Origin: a virus
Taxonomy: Duplodnaviria > Caudoviricetes
Reading direction: 5' to 3' (one strand)
IMG/VR virus record: IMGVR_UViG_2940228231_000002
Location: 1 to 64,000 of that record
DNA length: 64,000 bases
Shown here piece by piece: positions 10,275 to 21,109 of the stretch (the first letter of the stretch is position 1; every line of letters begins with the position of its first letter). The position numbers and the translations under genes were made by a program. Under the pieces are notes generated by a model. It was given only the letters and a program-made list of their open reading frames with translations, searched no databases and was not told the origin of the DNA.

Positions 10275-10658
10275 TTATAAATCCAATTTCATATGTAGAA
10301 TTTTTCTAATTCTATATCTATATTTTTGATAAGTGGCGTGTTCGTCGTAATACACCTGTGGCATAAATTTCATGAATAAATCAAATAATTGTTTCTCATA
10401 TCTAAATGTTTCCATTGTCATTTCTGAGCCTCTATAATATTCACGAATAATGTCACATCTCCAAAAGTCCTCTAGTTTCACTTGAGGCATTTTCTTCTTC
10501 ACCCACTTATTTACCTTCCGCATACAGTCATCACAAAGATTGAACTTTATAACCTCATCCTCATAAAGTGTCATAAATAGACTTCCATATCCGATGACTG
10601 GTAATTTGAATTTTTTAACATTGTCTTTTTCTCTCTTGCAACAACTGCATTTCTCCAT
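10275..10658 (-). CDS. hypothetical protein with CxxC pairs
   Basis: CSCC and LCDDC. Confidence 0.55.
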   Translation of the reverse strand: MEKCSCCKREKDNVKKFKLPVIGYGSLFMTLYEDEVIKFNLCDDCMRKVNKWVKKKMPQVKLEDFWRCDIIREYYRGSEMTMETFRYEKQLFDLFMKFMPQVYYDEHATYQKYRYRIRKILHMKLDL

Positions 10659-10668
10659 ATTATTTCTC

Positions 10669-11199
10669 CTATCTAATTAAATTTCTTAAGTAATAAAAAA
10701 ATGTTCCATATAGCCACATACCTGAATATGTATCATCTTTCATAAAAGTAACTTCCCAATTATATCTGTGGTTAAAAGTATGAAGTGTACTGAGATATGA
10801 TTTAACCGCAAGTTTGCTGCGATAATTATTTTCAGCTATATCGTTATAGTTTGTGTTTTCTAATAGCAGGTATTTCTTGCCACCAAAAGTAGCAAGCTCC
10901 TCTTCTAATCTTGTTCTATGTGCAGTGAAATTCGTGGCGAGTTCATCTAAGTTTCTTTTTCGCTCAACCATAATTTCCCTGTCGAAGTACAAGTCTCTAG
11001 GTATATTTAATTCTTCGTTTTTAGGAATGTAGAAGCTATAATCTCCATTTGACATGGCTTTCTTTTTCCATTTGATCTTTTTCTTGTCAAACCAATCTGT
11101 AATATGATCATTCTTCTGCTCTCTGGTATCAACCAGAACCACAATGGATTTACATATTGCTTCTACTTCCTTATCTGTGTAGTGAAATTTTTCTAACAT
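10669..11199 (-). CDS. ERCC4-domain nuclease (putative resolvase)
   Basis: VDTREQ, GDY, VERK...EL. Confidence 0.85.
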   Translation of the reverse strand: MLEKFHYTDKEVEAICKSIVVLVDTREQKNDHITDWFDKKKIKWKKKAMSNGDYSFYIPKNEELNIPRDLYFDREIMVERKRNLDELATNFTAHRTRLEEELATFGGKKYLLLENTNYNDIAENNYRSKLAVKSYLSTLHTFNHRYNWEVTFMKDDTYSGMWLYGTFFYYLRNLIR

Positions 11200-14100
11200 T
11201 CAACATTACTCCATTTGTATAATATTGTCTCCAGTTCATCAATTCTATAAAAACCACCTTCTCCGTCTGGTTTCCACTTCCTTTCCTTTTTTGCATCTGT
11301 TGTTTTAATTACAGTACGCTCTTTTACGGGATTTTTTTCAAACATATTTCCCTTGATTTTTACAAATTCATTCTCACCAGTATCTAACCGATGAAGCTTC
11401 ACCACTCTGTTTTTGTATTTGTCATTAACATTGAGCACATATGCAAATTCTGGTCTGGTGTTAATTCTTGTTTTGATGAATCCGAAGATTTCCATTTCAT
11501 AGTTTAATTTTTCCAAAGCGGTAAAATCGCTGTCATCTTCCGAGATTTCATTCCATAGTGTTTTTAATGCAGACTCACTATCGAAGTTCTTGTAAAGACC
11601 TTCTGTTTCAGTCGTGTATGGCGGAATAACCAGTTCTTTATATTGGTTGATTAATTCAATGTCTGTGTTTTTATTAAACTGACTTCTTCCATATAAAGTG
11701 TTTGCGTGATCGATAAAAGTTAATATTTGCTTAATATTTCCAAACTCTTGAAAATAATTTATCTTGGCGAGTTTTTCAATATGCGATTTATTTATCCCGC
11801 TAGTTTTTGTAAGTGCAATCCATAAGTCTGGAAAATTATCAATCTTTTCTTTTTCATAAATACTGTAGATTTTATCTGCACACTTTTGACTTACACCTTT
11901 TAGACTCAACAAAGATGGAATTATTTGATGGTTTTCTTTATCTGCCCTAAATCTTCTGTTATCTACTCCCCATCTATAATCTCCTTCTTTAATGCCAAAT
12001 CCTTTTTCCATTTCGTATTTCAGTTCAGACACTTTATCTTTTTCGCCTTGCTCTGAATAGAACTGCAAATACACTTCGTAGAACTCATATGGATGATGGG
12101 ACTTTTGCCATGCTCCATACAGGCTGTCCAGAGCCATAGCGTAAGCATGTGCCGAGTTAAATCCATAACTGGTGCTGTCGTATATAATTTGCCAAACTCT
12201 CTCAGCCATGTCCTCTGCCTCTTCATCTGTTTCACAGTCTGGTCGTATTTTGCTTGCAAAACCAGATAGGAAATCGTTCTTCAATGGCAGAACTTTTTCA
12301 GGGTGCTTTTTGGCAATATCTTTAATAATCTGATAACATTGCCCCATTGGAAATCCTGCATAATTCAAAGCAGTCATTAGCTGTTCTTGATAAAGAATAA
12401 AAGAATATGGAAATTCTTCAGTCTGAATTAAATCATCAAATGGTTTAATATCATATGAAAAAGGTGCTCTGGACTCAAATGTCTCATACATAGATTTAAA
12501 TCCTGGCCGTATAGCTGCAATAAATGCTGCCAACTCTGAAACATTTTTAGGTTTGTACCTTACAATCTTATTCTTTGTAGACTGTCTTTCGCATTGGTTG
12601 ATGCCAACTGTTAATGCGTTTGCATATATATCCCAGACTTTTTCATTTCCTGACACTTCTTGAGATAGTTGCGTAACATCATGAGGTGCAATTCCTATTC
12701 TTTTATATACGAGATCTGTTAGCAAAACTGTGTTTACTTTAAGCAGGTCGTTTTTAAGGAATTTATAATTTTCAGCGATAGCTCCATCTATGACCGCAGT
12801 GATATATTCTTTCTTTGTGGTCTCACTTTTACATTTAAGTAAGCCAATCTCGCTTTTAATATCTCCGTCATATAACAGAAACGCACATGGTGCTCGCTTT
12901 TTATTATCAATAATCCCCCAATATGACTTACTCTGTTTGATGTAGTCGTGATATTTTTCATCAACATATTCAAATATATCTATCAAATGCTTGTCATCAT
13001 CATCTGCATATTTCAGGGCAGTTTCATAATCCTCAATTTGCTTCGATATATTGTTTGCTAAATCAAAGTCGAGATTTTTAGCACGAGCGTACATCTTAAA
13101 CGCTGCTTTTTTACGAAGAGTTCCAAAAGCTATCATTGGATAAGAATGACCCTCTCCCATAATTTCAGCCTGTGCTTCTTCAAATATCTCTGGCGTGCCC
13201 AAATTCATATCAATATCTGGCAAGGACTGAGTTTCTAAAATTCTCGTTTCACTCATGAACCTCTCTGGATATAGTTTTATGGGCGAAGCAAGTCTGTCGA
13301 TTTTACTAAACCCACATAATGTATTTGTAAGGAATCCTGGAGCAGAGCCTCTTCCAGTGGAAGTTACAACTCCGCCTTTTTCAATTCCTCTTTTAATGAT
13401 TTCATAGTCAATCAGTGGATAGTCACACATACCTGTATTTTTATATGTGAATACTTCTTCTCTCACTGCATTTACATATGCATCAAACATTTCTTTTGGT
13501 TTGTCGGCTAAAAACTCTTTCAGTTTCGCAGTAATCAGTCTGCTATAGATATCCGCCCTTTCTTCTTTTGTCTTGTCTTTATAAGATGGAGGAACTGGCA
13601 TTTTAATATCTTTAGTGAAAGTGATGTCATCGAATTTAAGAAGAATGTCTGTATTCTTCATTGCTTTGTCAATTTGCTCTTCTGTAAAACAACCTTGTTG
13701 CAAAAATCTCCTTTTAGTTTCTTCATCATCAGGATAATCCATATACCATCCATCCTCTTCTGGATATTTAATCCCTTTTCCTTCTAGCAAATAGTCTCTA
13801 TCCTCTTTCTGATCTGGGGTGATATAATGACTGTCCATCCCTACAATGAGCCGAATCTTGTGTTGTTCGTGTAGTTTCTGAATGTAATAGTTGATTAGTT
13901 TTTGCTTATCTGTATTGTGGTATTGGATTTCCAACATAAAACTATTGCCAAAATGCCTATGTATGGTTTTTACTATTTGATCCATGTCTTCGTATGCCCA
14001 AAACCCAACGCAAGCACTTGTAACTAGCACATTATCTGGATTGAGTTGCAACAGTAGTTCTAAATCAATTCTCGGCTTGTAGTAATAGCCTGTTATATTT

Positions 14101-14411
14101 CCCTCGGAAAGAATTGTATTGATTTCTCTCCTTCCTGCCTCATTTCTGGCGAGAAGAATTATATGGGCATTTGTTCTGTCCTTTTCAAATCTGTCTTTCA
14201 CCCAATATGCTTCTGCACCAAAGATGAATTTCAATCCATATTTTTGAGCTAGCTCAAATGTCTCGTAGTAGTAGCCCTGCCATCCATGTTCTACGCTACT
14301 CAGTACTTTATGTCCTAATTCAACCGCTCTTTTTGCATAGTCCTCATTTGATACGGCTGAATCTGGTGTCATAATATTTGAGTAAGATGTGTGTCTATGG
14401 TAATTTTGCAT
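11193..14411 (-). CDS. dnaE: DNA polymerase III alpha subunit (DnaE type, PHP domain)
   Basis: HRHTSYS PHP, DSHY, GRGSA, LPDIDM, KNDLL, IRPG, LYQEQ, YGFNSAHA. Confidence 0.95.
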   Translation of the reverse strand: MQNYHRHTSYSNIMTPDSAVSNEDYAKRAVELGHKVLSSVEHGWQGYYYETFELAQKYGLKFIFGAEAYWVKDRFEKDRTNAHIILLARNEAGRREINTILSEGNITGYYYKPRIDLELLLQLNPDNVLVTSACVGFWAYEDMDQIVKTIHRHFGNSFMLEIQYHNTDKQKLINYYIQKLHEQHKIRLIVGMDSHYITPDQKEDRDYLLEGKGIKYPEEDGWYMDYPDDEETKRRFLQQGCFTEEQIDKAMKNTDILLKFDDITFTKDIKMPVPPSYKDKTKEERADIYSRLITAKLKEFLADKPKEMFDAYVNAVREEVFTYKNTGMCDYPLIDYEIIKRGIEKGGVVTSTGRGSAPGFLTNTLCGFSKIDRLASPIKLYPERFMSETRILETQSLPDIDMNLGTPEIFEEAQAEIMGEGHSYPMIAFGTLRKKAAFKMYARAKNLDFDLANNISKQIEDYETALKYADDDDKHLIDIFEYVDEKYHDYIKQSKSYWGIIDNKKRAPCAFLLYDGDIKSEIGLLKCKSETTKKEYITAVIDGAIAENYKFLKNDLLKVNTVLLTDLVYKRIGIAPHDVTQLSQEVSGNEKVWDIYANALTVGINQCERQSTKNKIVRYKPKNVSELAAFIAAIRPGFKSMYETFESRAPFSYDIKPFDDLIQTEEFPYSFILYQEQLMTALNYAGFPMGQCYQIIKDIAKKHPEKVLPLKNDFLSGFASKIRPDCETDEEAEDMAERVWQIIYDSTSYGFNSAHAYAMALDSLYGAWQKSHHPYEFYEVYLQFYSEQGEKDKVSELKYEMEKGFGIKEGDYRWGVDNRRFRADKENHQIIPSLLSLKGVSQKCADKIYSIYEKEKIDNFPDLWIALTKTSGINKSHIEKLAKINYFQEFGNIKQILTFIDHANTLYGRSQFNKNTDIELINQYKELVIPPYTTETEGLYKNFDSESALKTLWNEISEDDSDFTALEKLNYEMEIFGFIKTRINTRPEFAYVLNVNDKYKNRVVKLHRLDTGENEFVKIKGNMFEKNPVKERTVIKTTDAKKERKWKPDGEGGFYRIDELETILYKWSNVEC

Positions 14412-14427
14412 ATCATTCCCCCTTTTC

Positions 14428-15522
14428 TTAAAATAAATCGTCTAATTCGTCGTCTCCAAGTGACAGAGAAAGATTGTATTCTTTGACTGCCTCACATTCA
14501 TATCTATGGGAGCATAAATTGTTGCAGTAGAAAGATTGTCCTTTGTCAATCTTAACTGGCTTCCATTTTTCTTTTCCCTCATCCCATAATTCTTCAAATT
14601 TATCAATTTGTTTGTTTACATACTGCATAGCCTCTTCTTTAGTTGCTTCGCTGTATTCATAGTCTCTAATATACTGCTCAATCGTAAACTGCTTTTGCAC
14701 TTCTTCTGGCAGCACTTCTATTGAATTAGTTTCTTTGAATTTTGAAAGAAAAATATCAATGTCTATTTCTCCATATCCAAGTTTCTCCATTTTGTTTTCA
14801 ACGGCGAAAGATAGCTCTTTGGCAATTTTATTTCTTTGCACTATTTTAGTTATTTCTTTCTCCGTTTTAGACCCAACTCTTGCATAGCCCGTATATGAAA
14901 CTTTGACATATTTCAGCATAATCCATGCTATTTTATTTACTGTATATCCTTCCTGCTCTTTTGCCATTCCATATACAACTAGCTGCCTGCCGTGATGTTT
15001 CAAGTCATCTTTTTTGAAATCACTACTTGTCTTAAAGTCATATATTTCAATAATTTTATTTTTATTGTCAATAAACTGTATCAAGTCAATGTAGCCAATT
15101 AAATATCTGTCGTTTGGCATTTCAAACACAAATAGTTCTTCAGTAGCAAATTCTCCTTCCATTTTTTCAAATGTGTTGCAAAAGTTTTCAATGTCCGCAA
15201 CCCAATTTTCCTTTATTTTGTCACTACCATCGAAACTCTTAGGGAACGAAATTCCCATCATATCTGCCTCTGACAGCGATTTCTTTACAGCAGGGAAAAG
15301 GTCTTGCTGTCCTAGTTCTTCGTTATATATACCTTCAAGAACATCATGTACAGCGCCACCTAATATTCCATAGATATTGTTTGTCCCCCTGAATTCTTTT
15401 TTATATGTGTAATACGCCTCCCTTAAGCATCCGTCTATTGTATTCAATCTACTGATACTGTATGGTCGTATTCCTTGTGCTTTTAATTCTTCTATTCTGT
15501 TATCTTTTTGTCTTTTCCCCAA
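14428..15522 (-). CDS. PD-(D/E)XK (RecB/Cas4-like) exonuclease
   Basis: SISRL...C, G..VH, GYIDLI, DFKTS, QL..Y, C-terminal C..LC....C. Confidence 0.85.
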   Translation of the reverse strand: MGKRQKDNRIEELKAQGIRPYSISRLNTIDGCLREAYYTYKKEFRGTNNIYGILGGAVHDVLEGIYNEELGQQDLFPAVKKSLSEADMMGISFPKSFDGSDKIKENWVADIENFCNTFEKMEGEFATEELFVFEMPNDRYLIGYIDLIQFIDNKNKIIEIYDFKTSSDFKKDDLKHHGRQLVVYGMAKEQEGYTVNKIAWIMLKYVKVSYTGYARVGSKTEKEITKIVQRNKIAKELSFAVENKMEKLGYGEIDIDIFLSKFKETNSIEVLPEEVQKQFTIEQYIRDYEYSEATKEEAMQYVNKQIDKFEELWDEGKEKWKPVKIDKGQSFYCNNLCSHRYECEAVKEYNLSLSLGDDELDDLF

Positions 15523-15557
15523 TCGCTATCTCCCTTCTTGTAATCTAACTAATTTTT

Positions 15558-16580
15558 CTATAGCCATTTAATATAGTTCCGCATCAGCTCTTGGAAGCAT
15601 TGCTTACCTAAGTCTGTTGGAGAGTCTTTTTTATTTTTATTCAAAATCTCACCATCTTTATCATAGATATATCCAACTTTATTTTTGTAGATTGCATTAT
15701 CAACAATTAACTTTGATGCTTCATATCTAATTAAATCCTCACTCATTCCCTGATCATATGCCACAACGATTTTGTCAACCATCAAGGCTTTGATGTATTT
15801 TTCCTGCGTTGTTGATATATGGTTTGTGCATGTTGCAAGTCCATAGTTATATCCCATGGAAGACATCTGCATTACCCCTTTTTCACTTTCTGATATAATA
15901 CATAACTGTTGCTGTTGGATTTTTGAATAATTCTGGTGATAGCCAAATATTGTGTATCCTCTACTACATGGTATTATTGGCAGCCAGCGATATTCATCTG
16001 GAACATCATTAATATTTGACCGTCCCATTATGCCGACCAGCTCGCCAGAAAAGCTCCACTGTGGGACTGTTATTCTGTCCGTTATTACGTCGTATCCCAA
16101 GTGGAATTTTTCCTGCGTAGTAAAGTCGATTCCATCTTTTGCGAATCGCATATTTCCTACAGAACCGTACTGCTTTAGAATTTCTATATCGTATGTTTCC
16201 ATATTCAACTCTGGCTCTTTAGAAGAACGGATTAGGTCTTTGTAGAAACCACCAAACGGTAGTTCAATTTTTCTTGACAATTGTTGTTTATCTATTCCTA
16301 GAACATCTGCAACATAATGCAATGCCTGTGGGAACGATATCCCCATTTTATACATCACCAAGTTATATATTGTTCCGCCCTCATTGGTGGAAAAACATTT
16401 GAATTTTAAATTTTCTACATCGACCAGAACTCCCGTAGGGTTCTTTCCTTCTTCCCTACTGCATCTAATCTCATTTCTTTGTGAATTGTAGGATATGTTC
16501 GCACATCCTACACTTTCTAATATTTGTTCGATGGCGTTTTTATTGCCAAATAAGTGTTCGTTTAGTTGGATTACATTCAC
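15558..16580 (-). CDS. DNA primase (Toprim)
   Basis: N-terminal Zn-like RC...KCF, RITVP, GR, ESEK, AYD; adjacent to helicase. Confidence 0.8.
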   Translation of the reverse strand: MNVIQLNEHLFGNKNAIEQILESVGCANISYNSQRNEIRCSREEGKNPTGVLVDVENLKFKCFSTNEGGTIYNLVMYKMGISFPQALHYVADVLGIDKQQLSRKIELPFGGFYKDLIRSSKEPELNMETYDIEILKQYGSVGNMRFAKDGIDFTTQEKFHLGYDVITDRITVPQWSFSGELVGIMGRSNINDVPDEYRWLPIIPCSRGYTIFGYHQNYSKIQQQQLCIISESEKGVMQMSSMGYNYGLATCTNHISTTQEKYIKALMVDKIVVAYDQGMSEDLIRYEASKLIVDNAIYKNKVGYIYDKDGEILNKNKKDSPTDLGKQCFQELMRNYIKWL

Positions 16581-16597
16581 GCCATCTCCCCTTTCTA

Positions 16598-18061
16598 TTA
16601 TCTTCTTGCTCCAAAACCATCATAATTAATGAATGTTTGTCCAATCTCGTTTAGAGTATTCCATGCCATATTTCTCTCGTAGACGATTTGTGGCTGAGTA
16701 TCTCCAAATCTGTTTTTTGGTGTAAACAGAATGATGTAGTCTTTGTCTGGATCGATTTTTACATTATCACGAACATTTGTGAACTTCCCAGTCTTCTCAT
16801 CTTTATGTAGTCTGAATACCTTAAGTGATTCTTTTTCTTCACTTGACACTCTCCTAAACATGACAACTTGAGTCGCTGTTTCTGCAATGGCCCTAGATTT
16901 TCCCACGCACGACAAGTCTAAGTATCTCCTAGACATTGACTCTGCCGATAATTGAGCCGTAGCAATAATTGCAACATCTTCTTTTTTTGCTATCATAAAC
17001 AACTCTTTTGCCGTCTCAGAAAAGTCTGCCCAAGCATTCATTGAGTTTTCCAACTCTGGTTTAAGCGTGTCAAATATGAATAGTCCATAGCCCACCTTAC
17101 TGTATTTTCTTACTATCTTTTTAACATTGCCTACGGAGTAATCTCTTGTTTCAATAAATATAATTTTCCCCTCTTGATTTTTTAACCACTCCTGTGCCAT
17201 CTTAATATGCTCTCTGGCTTCTTCTGTGAAGCCACCTTGAATAAATCTTTGTCGATTTATTTTTGTATATTTGATTTTGTTAAAAAGTACTGTTGATAAA
17301 ATCATTTGTCTGAATTCCTCAACTCCCTGCTCGTTTGCAATGATGCAAACATTTTCCCCTTTTTCAATAGCAGGAAGGATGTAGAATAATATAGAAGATG
17401 TTGTTTTGCCTTCTCCTATATGAGCTAGGTGCAATAGTAGGTTTTTCCGATGCACACCAGCCAATCTATAATTAAGAATGGGATATCCAATGTTAAATCC
17501 TTTCATTGCTCCCTTATCCCACTCGTCAATATAGTCATCATATCCGTCAGATAAGTCGTCCACTTTCAACTTATCAATTTTATCAACGAATATATTATTG
17601 ATTTTATAATCTATGTAATCATACACTTCGTCAGATCTCATGGTGTTGAACTTATCAATATTGTCATCAGACAGCATTCCCTCATCACATAGTGCTAAGA
17701 GGGAGTTATTTTTTATTAAATCGTCATAGTAAGACTCGATATTATCCTTGTTGATCAAGGACAGAATTTCATCTACTGTTTGATATCCACCTCTTTTTTG
17801 AAAACCATCTTCGAGCGTTTTTTTGTCTGATAAAAATGTATGCACCGTTATGTTGTCAAAATCTCTGTAGCCAAGTTTATACATTTGCTGTGCTATCCCA
17901 AAGTAGAACATGCCGTCTTCCGTTATGATATCCTGCCCGTTAACCACATTTGTATAAGTCCCAAAACTTTCTGGGTCTTTCCACATTGAAAGCACAAAAT
18001 TACATTCGATTTCTTTTCTGTTTTTTATTAATTTCTCTGGATATTTTTTTAATTCTCTTAT
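16598..18061 (-). CDS. replicative DnaB-like helicase; probable ATA start
   Basis: AHIGEGKT Walker A, FIFDTLK, ATAQL, KNRFG; frame open to ATA 18061, 8 nt after RBS GGGGGAG. Confidence 0.85.
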   Translation of the reverse strand: MRELKKYPEKLIKNRKEIECNFVLSMWKDPESFGTYTNVVNGQDIITEDGMFYFGIAQQMYKLGYRDFDNITVHTFLSDKKTLEDGFQKRGGYQTVDEILSLINKDNIESYYDDLIKNNSLLALCDEGMLSDDNIDKFNTMRSDEVYDYIDYKINNIFVDKIDKLKVDDLSDGYDDYIDEWDKGAMKGFNIGYPILNYRLAGVHRKNLLLHLAHIGEGKTTSSILFYILPAIEKGENVCIIANEQGVEEFRQMILSTVLFNKIKYTKINRQRFIQGGFTEEAREHIKMAQEWLKNQEGKIIFIETRDYSVGNVKKIVRKYSKVGYGLFIFDTLKPELENSMNAWADFSETAKELFMIAKKEDVAIIATAQLSAESMSRRYLDLSCVGKSRAIAETATQVVMFRRVSSEEKESLKVFRLHKDEKTGKFTNVRDNVKIDPDKDYIILFTPKNRFGDTQPQIVYERNMAWNTLNEIGQTFINYDGFGARR

Positions 18062-18076
18062 TGCTTAATCTCCCCC

Positions 18077-18589
18077 TTATAATAGTCTAGTAATGTCCAC
18101 ATTATATTTAGAAGGGGGCGAATCTTCATTTTGTTCATTGAATACTTCTGCCATGTCGTCAAAGCTAGGTGATGCAACTATTTTGTCGCTCAGCTCTTTC
18201 TGCTGTTGGACTTTTTTATTTACTTCATTTGCATTGTTTACTATTGCTGAAAACACATATGAGATTTTTCCGTATTCAGTGTCAAAATTTTTATTCTTCA
18301 AGAATTGCAATAAAGAATCTCTAACTTTCTTCACAGTGCATAGGATTACATAGTTTGAGTAATATGACAGTTCACTATATTTTTTCTGAACCGATGTAGG
18401 AAACGGCTGCCCTTTTTTGTAATCTAGGAAGTCATACAATATTATTTCTATCGCCTGTTTCTTATATTCTTTTTCTTTCATATATTCTTCATAATGTTTT
18501 TGCGACTTATAATACGAGCTTCCTATTTTTACAAATACGTCAGACCCACCATACTCTCCAGTGGCCTTGCACTTAACTCTTCTTGCCAA
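18077..18589 (-). CDS. hypothetical replication-module protein
   Basis: Lies between Sak4-like ATPase and helicase; RBS GGGGGTG. Confidence 0.55.
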   Translation of the reverse strand: MARRVKCKATGEYGGSDVFVKIGSSYYKSQKHYEEYMKEKEYKKQAIEIILYDFLDYKKGQPFPTSVQKKYSELSYYSNYVILCTVKKVRDSLLQFLKNKNFDTEYGKISYVFSAIVNNANEVNKKVQQQKELSDKIVASPSFDDMAEVFNEQNEDSPPSKYNVDITRLL

Positions 18590-18610
18590 TATTTTTCACC
18601 CCCTTACTTG

Positions 18611-19729
18611 TTATTGTGTTAAAATGCCTACAATTTTTTCCAATCCTTCAGTTGAAATCTCTAGCGATTTGAAATTTTTGATTCCGTATTTTTCCATCTC
18701 CTGCTTTACTTTATCTTTAACTTCACCTTCGGCATCAGCAAACGTGTCTTTAATAACCTCAATCAAATCTTCGTTCTTCTCAATGTCAAACTTGTTTTGT
18801 TTTTTTGTCTCACTGTATTCCTTAGCAGCCTTATCTGCCTCTTTGTTGATCTTCTTTTCATTTTTCTCAAACTCAGAAATATCTTTACCGCTCTTCTTCT
18901 GTTCTGCTAGGATTGCATCTTGCATAGCTTCAATGAATTCATCAGCACCAAACGGAATTTTGTCGATGATATCTGCGAATCTCGATTTTCCATCTACGCT
19001 GTATGTATCGTCTCTGAAATTAATCACTCTGCTCTCAGTTGCAACTTTTCCTTTGTAGATAAAGTTTCCATCTTTGTCCTTTTTCTTGGTTTTCTCTTTG
19101 ACAATTTCTCTATCAATATAAGCAAGACCTAAGAAATGAAGTTTGGTTTTGATTGCATTAAAGTATTTTTGCGTCACATTACTGGTTAAAACAGAATACT
19201 GCTCTTCAGTAGTTACATCATCTAAGTCTTTTTTCTTAGTGTGGGCAACAAGAATAAATCCTACATTAACTCTTTTTAATTCCCATAACTTATCTAACAT
19301 CAACTCAATAGCTTTATCTAAACCTTTTCCATAGCCACCCCATGCTGCATTAATCGTATCAACTTTCTTATCTGACTTTCTATTGTGTTGTCTAATCGCC
19401 TCTTTTTCTGCGAGAATACAAAGTTCATCATAAGTATCGATAACTACTGTTTTTAATTTTGGATAATCACTGTCCTTGTTTTCAATAATGTCGTCTATTA
19501 CCTCAGCGAATTTTGCCCAGTCTGGAATTGACTCAGATACAATCCCCTGAATTGCTCCATGGCCGTCTTCCCTACCAATGTCTAATGCTATGTAGCCATC
19601 CTTTCCTACTAGTTTCTCACACACCTCTTTGGCGAGTGTACTTTTTCCGATACCACTTTCGCCTAAAATTCCAATGTTATACGCAAGCGGATCTAATCGA
19701 ACATCATTAACTTTTCCAAATTTCCCCAT
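18611..19729 (-). CDS. AAA_24/Sak4-like ATPase
   Basis: GESGIGKS, VVIDT, GGYGKG, VAH, KSR. Confidence 0.8.
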   Translation of the reverse strand: MGKFGKVNDVRLDPLAYNIGILGESGIGKSTLAKEVCEKLVGKDGYIALDIGREDGHGAIQGIVSESIPDWAKFAEVIDDIIENKDSDYPKLKTVVIDTYDELCILAEKEAIRQHNRKSDKKVDTINAAWGGYGKGLDKAIELMLDKLWELKRVNVGFILVAHTKKKDLDDVTTEEQYSVLTSNVTQKYFNAIKTKLHFLGLAYIDREIVKEKTKKKDKDGNFIYKGKVATESRVINFRDDTYSVDGKSRFADIIDKIPFGADEFIEAMQDAILAEQKKSGKDISEFEKNEKKINKEADKAAKEYSETKKQNKFDIEKNEDLIEVIKDTFADAEGEVKDKVKQEMEKYGIKNFKSLEISTEGLEKIVGILTQ

Positions 19730-19755
19730 ATATTTAATCTCTCTCTTTCTCTGAA

Positions 19756-20874
19756 TTATTGATTAAACCAATCAAGTTCTTCATCTTCAACTACAACATT
19801 TTCCTTCAGAATGTCTTTTACATCATCGTCGTCTGCTTTCTTCTTTTTATCTTTGTACTCTAATTTTTCAGGCTGTGCGAAAGTATATATTTTTTCTTCA
19901 AACTCAGACATAGTATCATCTAATTCAACAATTCCATCTACGAACTCTCCCTTCAGCACTGGGTCAAACAAGCGAATCTCATACACTCTTTCTCCGTATA
20001 CTCCACCTGCTGGTGCAAAATCAGACGCTTTTCTAATCCCCAAAGAGATTTGTTCTTTCTGAGAATCCGTCAAAACTGACTCGTCAAACTCAACTTCTTG
20101 GGCACCATTGATTAGGCGACTTTCCCATTGAATGTGATGATATTTTTTCTTAGGCAATCCAGTTAAATACTTTTTCTTGTAATCCCAGATTTTTTTATGG
20201 TCTTCATTTTTCATGTCGTACTGCTCGCAGCTTAAGATGGCTGTTTGCGGAATATATCTACTGCCCGTATCTTTGTCTATATACTGCTCGACATATCCAT
20301 TTACATAGATTTTTGATTGAGACTTAAAGTCTGTAGCGTCGATAGAGTCGGCGTTGTAAATGAAGTCCATTGTTAGTTGAAGCTTAGACTTTCTATCGTC
20401 TTCAACCGCATACACGCTTCCGATTTCAAATCTATCCGCAAATCTTTCTTTATATGGGTTCTTTTTCCACTCCCCATTCACCATTACTTTTCCGTTGTAA
20501 TTTGGCAGATTTTCTTCAAGATACTCAATCATGTCATATGTTGAAATAAACTCCTGTCTGCCACCAAAATCTTCTCCGAGATTCACAAAGTGCTTTCTGC
20601 TGCCTGAGACGTTTGCTAGAACATCTTCATCGAACCTCTCTTCATATGGCACTTCAAGTTTTTTGAAGTTTTTGTCCATAGTGAAAATAGTGTCCATTTT
20701 CGTTCCCATGGCTCGAACAAATCCCTTGTTTGTCTTTCCATCTCTCACTGCAAAATCAATGGAGATAAGTGGCAATTTTCCTGATTTCCCCCCTTTCCAT
20801 TTCTTAACGAATTTTTCTTTGTCGTTGGAAATATGTAAATCTCCAACAAAACTAAATCTTGATCTGATAGCCAA
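19756..20874 (-). CDS. putative ssDNA-binding protein
   Basis: Beta-rich, acidic C-terminal tail (EDEELDWFNQ), first gene of the replication block. Confidence 0.45.
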   Translation of the reverse strand: MAIRSRFSFVGDLHISNDKEKFVKKWKGGKSGKLPLISIDFAVRDGKTNKGFVRAMGTKMDTIFTMDKNFKKLEVPYEERFDEDVLANVSGSRKHFVNLGEDFGGRQEFISTYDMIEYLEENLPNYNGKVMVNGEWKKNPYKERFADRFEIGSVYAVEDDRKSKLQLTMDFIYNADSIDATDFKSQSKIYVNGYVEQYIDKDTGSRYIPQTAILSCEQYDMKNEDHKKIWDYKKKYLTGLPKKKYHHIQWESRLINGAQEVEFDESVLTDSQKEQISLGIRKASDFAPAGGVYGERVYEIRLFDPVLKGEFVDGIVELDDTMSEFEEKIYTFAQPEKLEYKDKKKKADDDDVKDILKENVVVEDEELDWFNQ

Positions 20875-20960
20875 TATTTTTCTCCTTTCTATTTTTTTCT
20901 TTACATTAGCTTTTTAATTTATATATATGCATTTGCAATATATTCTACGTTTATTTTTAT

Positions 20961-21071
20961 TACTTATTTTTGAATTGTTTTCTATTATTTTAGATAAAAA
21001 CAATGGTAATCGATGACGAATACCTAATTTTCCTATCTTTCTTCTTTGTTTTATAACTTATTTTTGAATTG
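20961..21071 (-). promoter_or_regulatory. two copies of the recurrent motif CAA(T/A)TCAAAAATAAGT
   Basis: acttatttttgaattg at 20962-20977 and 21056-21071, upstream of the replication block. Confidence 0.5.
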
Positions 21072-21109
21072 TAATCTATGTACATGACTGCATATAGCAG
21101 CCATGATTT

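Noticed and set aside
14428-15522. Cas4 as part of a CRISPR system
   Set aside because: No cas1/cas2 or array; it sits in the replication block as a typical phage exonuclease.
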